Positions 10,743 through 20,450 of a stretch of 64,000 nucleotides of DNA are shown here, piece after piece. The translations under genes and the position numbers were made by a program. Source of the stretch: Selaginella moellendorffii (Eukaryota > Plantae > Lycopodiophyta); assembly GCF_000143415.4 (NCBI RefSeq), contig NW_003314291.1, positions 1,654,517 to 1,718,516 of the forward strand, written 5' to 3'. The notes under the pieces are model-generated. The model was not told where the DNA came from, did no database searches, and saw nothing but the letters and a program-made list of their open reading frames with translations. Position 1 is the stretch's first letter, and each line of letters starts with the position of its first letter.

Positions 10743-13700
10743 ATGGCCTTCAGGGTTGGGGAAAAGGTTTACATTTTGAATGGTGGGAAGAGAGTTGCAA
10801 AAGGGACCCTTGTGTCTATGGATCGGAACTTTGTTATACACTGTCAAAGGCTTGGGGAAGGCAATGCTGCTGTATCAGTAGAAACTGTCTTCGATGGGAA
10901 TGTGGTCGCTATTGAACGAGGAGAGATGGTCGTCGGGGTAAATGTTGTTGTTGCCTTGAAAAATCTTCAGAAGAAAGCAGATGTTGGGGACAGCGCAAGT
11001 GCGACGCATGTTCCCTCCGTGGATCTTAAGAACCGTGCTACAAGGATTCAGGCAAAGGTGTTTCTAAACAACCCCGAGGGGGAGGTGGTAGCTGAGGGCT
11101 TAGCCACAGTTGTCGATCCAAGAGATGCGGTTGCTAATCAAGAATTGGGCTGGGATGATATTGGAGTTGCGATTTTAGAGGTTGTTGACACAGAAGAAAA
11201 CAGTCTGACTATTGGAAGCATTGTGCGGTGGAAATTGAGGCACTTAGTGTTTGAGAATGTGAAGGATTCACAATCAAACACCACTACAACTGATGACAGA
11301 ACATCTCTTCATGGGAAAAGAAAGTACACCTTCCTAAAGCGCAGCCAAAGGGATCTGAGCAACGAACCGAAAAGGCAAAAAATGGCGATGGAGGTTCGAA
11401 TGGTCTCGACAATTGCTTGTTGCAAGAGGAGGTGCTGTCAACATGCTGATTGGGATGCTATTGAAGAGGAGAGAGCAAGATACAAGACATTGTCCTGGAA
11501 GGCAGCTCGCAATTTTGTGTATGAGGCATTACGGTCATCTGTTGATGCTTCAGAACATCAGGTGGGGGGCATGGTCTTCCAGAGGGGTTTGGTCTGCATG
11601 AAGGCATGGAGAATCATTTATGGAGTCCCTCGAACCACATTCTATAGAATCAAAACTGAGTTCGAGGAACAAAGGGTTCAACAGGCAGTCCATGGGAACG
11701 ACGGTACGCACAAAACCAGGGGTCATGTTGTATATGGAGAGGCAATCTTCAAGAGGTTTGTCGAGACATGTAGCGAGCAGCAACCACATAAAAGCCGCCT
11801 CTTGGAAGATGGAACACGAGACACCCAACGAGTTCTCCCTTCCATGTATACCAAGGGGGCCATATTGGAAGATGTGAATCGGGAACTCCAGAGTAATGGC
11901 TACAGGAAGCTGAGCCAATCTAGATTTAGTAGATTGTGGAGCAACAGGTTCAGGGATGTGAGTATAGGAAAGTACTCCAGCTTTTCAAAGTGTGACGAGT
12001 GCACTGCTATCAAAATGGCTTTGTCGAAGAATTCTTGCAGCGCTCAAGAGCGAGAGACGTTGGTTAGAAGGCGGCTCGACCACAACATCGAGCAGAGAAG
12101 CTGCAGGACTGCATATTATCATAACAGGATTCTCTCCATGGAGAGACCTGACTCTTACCTCTGCATCATCCACGACAAAATGGACCAGAAAAAGACGTGC
12201 TTACCTCGACTCAATCCTACCCCCAAGGCAATCTCTTCATCCATGCAGCTGCCTGTGTCTCTGTTTGGCATAATCGCTCATGGGCATGGTGCCCAGAACT
12301 ATGGGAACTTCTTTGTACCTCTATGGGGTGGCGGGGGTGCAAACATGATGATTGCGTCCCTAGCAAAACACTTAAGGTCTCTGCAAAGTGCGCAGACTGA
12401 GCTGAACGGCCAACCCTTGCATAAGGCCCTTGTCGATCGAACCCCATACAGGGTTCAGCTGGAGGAGGAGCAAAGGCTTGCAGTATCGCGTGGGGCCCCA
12501 TGCCATCCCAGTGAATATGTTGGCCGTCAGATTGTAGGGTTATCACGTGAGGCCTCATGCCATTCCGACGAGGCTGGTCGCCCGGTGAATGCACAGCCTC
12601 ATCCAAACGAAGCAGAATCTCAAGGAAGTTCTTGCGGCCGATGTGGCCTTCCACCCCATCTTCTGCTCCAAACAGACAATGCTAGCAGTGAGAACAAAAA
12701 CATGTACGTCTTCGCGTACTTGGCGATGCTTGTTGCCAAAGGCATATTTGAAACGGTTACACTTGGCTTTCTCATGGTTGGGCACACTCATGAAGACGTC
12801 GATGCCATGTTCAGTCACCTGGCAGAGTCCCTCCGGCGATCTAATGTCCTCACCCTCCCACAACTCTACGATGAATTCCAAAATTGCATCAAAGGCACTG
12901 TTGAAGCTGCACTTCTGACAGAGGTTCCAGACTTTAAGGGGTTTGTAAGAGGCTACATCAGGGACGGATCCGAAACGCTGATTGGCCACTCCAAGCCTCT
13001 TCAGTTTCATTTCAGCATGCGTGACGGTGCTCCAGTGATGAGGTACAAGATGAGAGAATGGGACACAGTGTGGCTGCCAGTGGACGGCATTGAACTCTTC
13101 AAGAGAGATCCCATAACTGGGGAACCTATGATTTCTCAGGGTTCCCCACGGCCGATGCACCCGGATGGACTCAAAGACCAGGAAAGTATAGTGGCCGGGA
13201 TTAGATAGCATATTGCCTTCTGGAAGAGGGGGTTGGTGTTTGGTGGAGAATCCTATTTTCAGAGGTGCAAGCCTTTGCTCGAATACTGGGAGAAGATTAT
13301 ATCTGCTATCCAAAATGGGCCGGTTGTATATGAAGAATTGGAAGAGTCCTTTTGGCCAGAACCCAGAGCACCAGATAGTAGCGGAACAATGTCCTCTGGA
13401 AATGCAGTGACAGATAACGATGTTGAGGATCACTATTGTGGGCCGAGGAACAAGAAGCCGGATTCAGCATTCAATCCAGTACAGGTCTGCAAAGGAATGG
13501 TCGTGCTTGTCAGACCCAGTAATAAAAAACAAATGATATGGGTGGGGCGCTGCATCACTGATGCAGAGGAGGACGCGGAAACTAACTCCTTCAATGTAAC
13601 TGTGGAGTGGTTCAAGCCAAGTTCCGGATATACGAACGATTGCCTAGAAAAGAGATGGGTGCTGAATCCAAGGGATCCCAGCATGAGCATATCGGTGGAT

Positions 13701-13884
13701 AATGTTGTGCATGGTTGGATGCGAAAGCAGAGTGCCACCATCACCTTGCCAGACCATGCAAGAGATGCAGCAAGAGCATTCATAACCCGGGTTCAAGGTG
13801 AGATTCATGAATATTCCTTTACTAAGTTTCTAATGTATTTTATTTCAAGGTGAACAATCCGAATCTGAATCAGAGGAGGCGTGA
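10743..13884 (+). CDS. Sola1-like DDD/E transposase (N-terminal tandem Tnp1/En-Spm-like repeats, CxxC..H motif, C-terminal BAH/Tudor-like domain); in-frame TAG at 13206-13208
   Basis: Motifs KCDEC..H, HDKMDQ, LLLQTDN..ENKN and GFLMVGHTHEDVDAMFS give a D-D-D/E triad. ORFs 10743-13208 and 13233-13853 are in the same frame, separated by one TAG. There is a 5' UTR intron at ~10494-10741 and a last intron at 13798-13849 leading to GEQSESESEEA*. Confidence 0.8.
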
Positions 13885-14524
13885 TAGCATGTGGCCTTAC
13901 GCCATTCCTAGGTGAGATGATACAAATAACAAGTATAAATTCTTAGTTGTTCTAGCAAATCTTACTTAAAGTTCAAGGTGAACAAGCCGAATATGAATTC
14001 ATCGGATTGTTATAACAAATTGCGAGGTGATGGCATGAGGCGATACGCCATTTGAGAGTGGTAGCCATTCCTATATGAGGTGAGTGAAATATTTATTAGA
14101 AATACCTCATTCAATTGTGCACTTCTAAGTCTTGGTCCACTCAGTACTGTTTGCATGTTTCTATTTTAATTCTTTCTCTAAAATGTTATTTAGCATGTGG
14201 CTTCATGCCATTGCTCTCCACAATCATGCATTGAATTTTTCTATCCTTGCATAATACTTCTCCATATATATAGCATGTGCGCACATGTGATATGGTTCAT
14301 TAGGCCTGATATAGTGTGTGAGGTAAAACAAAGATGATGTGACATATGCATTTACCAATCACACGTGCATAAATCTAATAATATGGCATGTAGCCCATAT
14401 TAATGGCACATAAACCCATATTGTGGGCTTACGTGCTTTATGTATCATCATTCCCTTGCAGCGTGTGTGTTGGTTTCCTTTTATAACACAACGAACTCCA
14501 TATTTTAGGGTGAAGAGCGTTCTC

Positions 14525-14782
14525 ATGGCAAGCACAAAATCTGTAAGTGAGGCAGAAAAGGAGACGGAGAAGGAGATAGGTGAAGATGTAGAATATATAA
14601 GTCTTCCAAACTCCCCGTACTATACTTCAGGTGATCATTTTTCTGAACAAACGGCAACATTAACAACTATCGAGAACGCCCCAGTAACGTCAGAGACAAC
14701 AATCCAAAGCAAAACAACTGACCCGGAGAAGGATGATAGTACCGCTGAGAGTACCAAAAAGGAGGTGTCCACTAGCGCTTAG
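14525..14782 (+). CDS. Possible small acidic/Thr-rich ORF in the 3' part of the transposon
   Basis: 85-aa ATG-initiated low-complexity ORF, preceded by an acceptor-like TTTTAG and followed by a palindrome unit; no recognisable domain. Confidence 0.25.
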   Translation: MASTKSVSEAEKETEKEIGEDVEYISLPNSPYYTSGDHFSEQTATLTTIENAPVTSETTIQSKTTDPEKDDSTAESTKKEVSTSA

Positions 14783-15418
14783 GCTTATAATGGCGTGTGC
14801 CCTCATGCCATTTACTTGATCACCAAATACCTTTTTCCCTTTGCACTAGTATATCTTAATACCGGTCTGAGAAATAGAATGGCATGTGCCCTCAGGCCTT
14901 TTACTAAATCACCTTTGAAAGAAATGCAAGCCTCTATGTCGTAAAAAAAAGGTACTAGAGAAATTCCTTAATAATATGAATGTTATTTAGTTTCATGAAA
15001 ATACACTAAGGGTCAAATGAGTTAAATGACTTCTCCAGACTAGCAATGCCTTTTGCTACACCTTCACAATTAGATTCGTTAGAAAAAGATAACATTGAAT
15101 AATATCTAAATGTTCTCACCATTAAGTTATATGTCTGGCTAATAGGAATGATGTTCATCTTGGAAAGCTCACCACATGCTCAATGAACAAACAAATAGTG
15201 TGTGCGCGCATGCCATCGCTCTTCTTTAGCTTCAGATTCGGCTTGTTCACCTTGACAATGAGATTTATTATACAACTAGATGGACTCAGTCTGGACATAA
15301 GGTCACCGCGCTAGTCACCATGCCCCAGATATGTCTAGCCCCTGGACAAAAAACATATAATTTCACGTCATTTTCAAATACTTGAAAATTTGTACCTAGT
15401 CCCATTTTACTGAATAAA

Positions 15419-15442
15419 TCCCACTTTAATGAAATAGAGCTT
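15419..15442 (-). repeat. Terminal inverted repeat, copy 1 right end
   Basis: TCCCACTTTAATGAAATAGAGCTT, followed immediately by Gypsy RT sequence. Confidence 0.9.
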
Positions 15443-17741
15443 AAATGTGATTTTGCTCAACAAGAGGTAAAGTTTCTCAGGCATGTGGTGGGCAAGGACG
15501 GGCTCAAGGTGGACCTTGAGAAGGTCCAAGCGATCTAGGATTGGGAGCGACCATCGAATGTACACAAGTTAAGGGCATTCTTGGGGCTATGCAACTACTA
15601 TCGAAAGTTTATCAGACACTATTCGAAAGTAGCCCTACCCTTAACAGACCAAACGAGAAAAGGGAAGATGGTATGGACAGCGGAATGCGAAGCAGCATTC
15701 GTCCACCTTAAGGGGAAGTTGAGGAAGGCTCCCATGTTGGCATTACCATACTTTGGTAAGGACTTTGAGGTAGAAACAGATGCTTCAGACTTTGCGTTGG
15801 GTGCAGTTTTGAAGCAAGACAATCACCCAATAGCGTTCTTCTTGAAGAAGTTGGACAAGGCTCAATGGAAGTGGCCTGCCCACGAGAAGGAATTGTTTGC
15901 GGTGGTCAAGGCGCTCAAGGAGTGGCGACACTAACTTGGGAGACACTTCAAGGTTTACATGGACAATGTGGTAACGAAACACTTCTTGTCACAGCCCCAC
16001 CTGAGGGGAAAACAAGGTCGGTGGGCCAATGCTTTGGCCGAGTTTGATTGCAAAATTTTGTACAAGCCTGGGAAGAGTAACATCGTGGCAGATGCGCTAA
16101 GTCGAAAAGCGAGCTTGAAGTTGGCAATATCCAGTGCGATAGCAACCTTTAGGGATGATGTGCAGACTGCATATGAGAACGATGGTCTAGCACAAGAAGT
16201 GTTGCTGAGGAATCTAGAGGCGCGGGAAGCTCACCAGAGAGGTGAGCTGCCAACGGAAGAAAAAACGGGCTATGCGGAACACAACAGACTCATATATTAC
16301 AAGCAAACAAGGGTGTATGTTCCAAAAAGGGAACTAAGGAAGGTAGCCTTAGAAGAGTGTCATGACGGACCTCTTGCAGGACATGGCAGAGTGCCCAAGA
16401 CAATGGGCTTACACAAGAGGAAGTACCACTGGCCAGATATGGCTAAGGACGTCCAAGACTATGTAAAGACATGTCCAACATGTCAGCAAGTCAAAGCCGT
16501 GACTAAGGCTAGTGGGGGCTTTTTACAAAGCATCCCAATTCCAGATCATCCCTGGAAATGTCTTATGATGGACTTTATCACGGGACTCCCTCCAAGCGAG
16601 GGGTTCGATGCGATATTCGTGGTGGTGGATCGATTTTCGAAGATGGCACATTTCATACCCACCACAACGGAAGTGGATGCGGAAGGTGTGGTGAAGCTGT
16701 TTTTCAAACAAGTGGTTCAAGTGTGGGGAAGGCCAGAAGAGATTATCTCAGATCGAGATAAGATCTTCACCAGTAGGTTCTGGAGGACACTCCTAGAACA
16801 GTATCGCACCAAGCTGAAATTCAGCACAGCCTATCACCCACAGACAGGTAATGGGTATTAAATCAAGATTGATGGCACTAACACTTCTTGATAGACGGAC
16901 AAATGGAAAGGGTAAATAGGCAGCTGGAGGATTATTTGCGATGCTATGTCTTGGGGGACTAGACTGATTGGGTAAGTCACTTGGGACTTGCGGAAATGTG
17001 TTATAATAACTCACCACATTCGAGTATCGGGGTGAGTCCATGGGAAGTCATCAATGGGCGAGCTATTGAAGGTCCTGTGGAACTCGGCGTGACCGAGTAT
17101 CATGGAGAGTTACCCACAGTGGTTCACGGCGGAAAGGCTCAACATTTGGAATCTAGTGAGGGATTCCTTGGAACGGGCTCAACAAAGGCAAACCAAGTAC
17201 GCGAACCAGAAGCGCCGGGATGTAGAGTTCCAAGCTGGGGAGAAGGTGTGGCTGAACACCAAGAACCTCAGGCTACCAAGTGGGATCAGCCGGAAGTTGA
17301 CCCAAAGGTAAAAATGCATGTATTCCTGTAAACGAATTGATCTTGAGTTCCTTAAGCAGGTTCGCGGGGCCTTATGAGATTGAGGCTCAAATCGGTAAAG
17401 TGGCTTACTGTCTTTGACTTCCTCGAGAGATGGGGAAGATGCACCCCGTGTTCTACGTGAACTTACTCAAGCATTATTTTGAGGATCCGCTTCACAAAGA
17501 CCAAGTAAGACCCTTACCTGAGGTTATCCAAGGGGAAGAGGAATACGAAGTCGAGGCCATCCTCAATGCGTGCAAGAGCAAGCGACAAGGACGCGAGGTG
17601 AGAGAGTTCCATGTGAAGTGGAAAGGATTTCCACACTGCGAAACAACATGGGAACCGGAGGAGAACCTAGCGAACGCGCGAGATCTAGTGGAGGAATTTG
17701 TGCAAGGCAAAACTCTATGTACTTATGCAAAGTTCAATTAA
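15443..17741 (+). pseudogene. pol: Gypsy pol remnant (RT end-RH-IN-chromodomain) with two GT-AG introns
   Basis: ORFs 15581-15934, 15959-16861, 17102-17311 and 17430-17741; introns 16848-16894 and 17308-17359 restore the QTDGQMER and QRFAGPY motifs. Confidence 0.8.
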
Positions 17742-19033
17742 AGTATTAATTTGTGAAGTTGAGCAATAGCATATGTTGGGACCCGAAGGCGCGCCGAAGG
17801 TAAGCTAATTAGCATGGGTTAGCTAGGTCGACTAGGCGTAGGGAACTACGCCCGACTCCCCGCGGGGATGTCGAATCCGTAGACATATTCTATGGAGGTT
17901 GGGTTCGAGTCCCAACCCCCTAGTAAAGCAAGGCTGGGTTCAAGTCCCAACCCCATACTAGGGTGTGGTGGGGTGAGGAGAATAGGGACACCTATATTCT
18001 GTTGTCATGGGCTCTTGGCTAGGGAGGCTAACTTAGGCACACCGCTAAGTGGGGGGATGCCTCTGGAGACATGGTCAACAAGTCGTAGGATTAAAAAGAG
18101 AGACGTTCGATGTGGGCATCGAACTTCTTCTATGGGTGGTGAAGTTGTAAAGAACCAACTCGCCGAGGTGTCGTAGGCTAAAGGATCCCCAAAAGCATGA
18201 CCAAAATGATAAAGAGTTCATCAAATGGGACTGAGTCTGAGATCGAGTCCAAGACCGACTCTGAGACCGAGTTCGAGATAGAGTCCGGAATTGAGTCCGA
18301 GGCCGACTCGGAGACCGAGTTCGAGATGGAGTCCGAGATCCAAAATCGGGTCTGAGACCAAGTCTGAGGTCTAGCCCGAGGTCGGGTCCAAGATCGGGTC
18401 CGAGATTGAGTCCGAGACCGAATCCGAAGTCGGATCCGAGATCGAGTCCGAGATTGAGCCAGAGACTGAGTCCGAGTACTCATATGGGTCAAGGGGTGAA
18501 AGCCCAAAGCGTGCGTCTCCCAAGGGGGTCCAAAAGTATAATAGGGATAGTGAGGTCTAGGAACCAGTTTTGAAGGAACTCTCCAGTGGGGCTTCCAAAC
18601 TGACTTGAAGTTGAGACTGGGACCGAGGGGCCTTGTGTGGGAGTGAGCATGGACTTGGTTGGTGCCGGAGGGGCCATCCAAGGAAGTGCTCAAGAGCAGC
18701 TCCCACTCCCGAAAGGGAAACCGATTGCGGTGCTCCCGACTCATGTGGAGTGGTGCCCCACTTGAGTACCATGCGGCTCATTGGTCCTTGCCCTTCCTAG
18801 GGGCTTGGACCTTCCCTTCGGGATGGAAGTGGGGGGGTAGAGGTACCCATACCAAGCCGTTAGGCCATGGTGTTTCGCCCCGGCGTCCCGAAGCAAGTGT
18901 TGCACCCAAGACTTGGGATTTATAGGGTCCCATGATCAAGTCTTGTGGTACCAAGAGATGTTAGGAACTTGGAAGCTTGGTGTGCTTGGCTGCTTGTGCT
19001 TGCGGGGAGTGTAGCCGAACCTTAAGTCCAGTC
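15443..19033 (+). mobile_element. 5'-truncated Ty3/Gypsy chromovirus (family B): end of RT, RNase H, integrase, chromodomain, part of 3' LTR
   Basis: ETDASDFALGAVL, HEKELFAVV, HHCC zinc finger, MDFITGLP, SDRD, YHPQT, EYEVEAIL..VKWKGF..TWEP; PPT-like tract before the LTR start at 18146; LTR cut at 19033 by family A. Confidence 0.9.
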
Positions 19034-20029
19034 TGTAAGCGACTAATTTTTCCATTCTACTTTAGTCACTTAACCACACCTCCGACCACTTGGAGGAGTC
19101 TCGTTCACAACCTCCATAAGCCCAACTCAGGACTTGGGGCTTGCTAGCCCCGAGAATGGCATCCATGCCACTCAACCTTAGCACTTGGTCCAAGTGCTCC
19201 ACGTGTCCGATCCCATGATCGACACCCCAAGGTACCACCGACGTGTCGGCCCGTTACGCTAAGGCCATGCCCATTTACCTTGGTCACACTGGTGGTTCAA
19301 CACCACCTACATTCCAATCCCATCTCTCAAAGACTGAGTCGTCCGTCCATGAGTGATCATCCCAGATCCAGTCCTTAACATCCTTAGGATGCCTACAGAC
19401 ATGGGGAATAGCCTTCCCCAATATCTCTGTTCCGGTCCCCACCAAGTCCCTTTCTGTCCTTGGCTGTGTTCGCCAACACTGCCACTGGATCAAGGCCCAC
19501 CGGCCCGACCACTAAGTCCCACTATCCTCTAGGACTTCCTCACTGTGTGACTGTGTCCTTGGTTACCACACCAGAGGGCTACCCCTCTTCCTTTCCACAG
19601 TCTGGGACCTTGGGGCACCATTTCGGAACACCGTGGCCTTACGCAAGCCTCATGGGTACTCTCCCCGCCTTTCGTCTTTAGGTGCTCTAGCCATGGGCTT
19701 AGAGCAGGGTTCCGTTGAGCCACACCAGGTATCCAAGTAGGTAGTGCCACCCACACTTGGACTGCGAGCATCGGCCAGTCGATCTCCCGGAGGAACTAGA
19801 GCCGGCTCTTGAACATTTACCAAGCTACCCCGCTTGTCGGTCCGTGTTCACTCTAGTCTTGGACTTCCCAGTGGGCAGCTCATCACCAAACACTGGGTGC
19901 GGCCTTCTGGGGCCAAACTAGCCTTTCCTGGCCAAACTGGCTCCACTGCAGTCCTCCCCCTACTATACTTTTGGAGCTCACCAAACCCCCCAGGGTCTGG
20001 GAGACGAACGCTTTGGGCTTTCACCCTCT

Positions 20030-20450
20030 CAGACTCGGACTCGGACTCGGACTCGGACTCGGACTCGGACTCGGACTCGGACTCGGACTCGGATTCGGAC
20101 TCGGACTCGGACTCGGGCTCGGGCTCGGTCTTGGCCTCGGCCTTGGTCTCGGTCTCGGTCTCGGTCCCGGTCTCGGTCTCGACTTCGGACTCCATCTCGG
20201 GTCCATCTCGGACTCCATCTCGGACTCCATCTCGGGTCCATCTCGGACTCCATCTCGGGTCCATCTCGGACTCCACCACCTCGGGTCCATCTCGGACTCC
20301 ATCTCGGACTCCATCTCGGGTCCATCTCGGACTCCACCTCGGACTCCATCTTGGACTCCATCTCGGGTCCCTCTCGGACTCCATCTCGGGTCCTTCTCGG
20401 ACTCCAGTTCGGACTCCAACTCGGGTCTATCTCGGGTCCATCTCGGACAC
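20030..20450. repeat. 6/12-bp satellite arrays inside LTRs (TCGGAC, TCGGTC, TCGGACTCCATC)
   Basis: Perfect (TCGGAC)n run followed by 12-bp units; similar arrays at 1693-2144, 18230-18480, 41095-41695, 60040-60530 and elsewhere; these explain the spurious repetitive ORFs. Confidence 0.9.

Larger units (their letters stand above)
156..15216. repeat. Dispersed 22-bp imperfect palindrome family (consensus ATGGCRTGWGGCCWCAYGCCAT), ~30 copies in transposon copy 1
   Basis: Copies start at about 156, 448, 3374, 3449, 4676, 4867, 5008, 6480, 7757, 7817, 7894, 8587, 8722, 8881, 8960, 9810, 9882, 9918, 10533, 10569, 10639, 12485, 12542, 13884, 14030, 14190, 14270, 14790, 14879, 15195. Confidence 0.9.
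62..15442. mobile_element. Large TIR DNA transposon (Sola1-like), copy 1, with transposase and cargo gene; interrupted by a solo LTR
   Basis: TIRs AAGCTCTATTTCGTTAAAGTGGGA (62-85) and TCCCACTTTAATGAAATAGAGCTT (15419-15442) match 23/24. Both ends abruptly interrupt retrotransposon sequence. It encodes a DDD/E transposase and has a near-identical inverted second copy at 25730-37343. Confidence 0.9.

Noticed and set aside
12555-13433. 292-aa antisense ORF (also 26806-27684) and other antisense ORFs over the transposase and cargo genes
   Set aside because: No recognisable motifs; their conservation simply reflects the near-identity of the two copies.
17897-17955. Possible tRNA gene or SINE
   Set aside because: Only the T-arm/B-box is visible; I could not find an acceptor stem, D-arm/A-box or anticodon arm.
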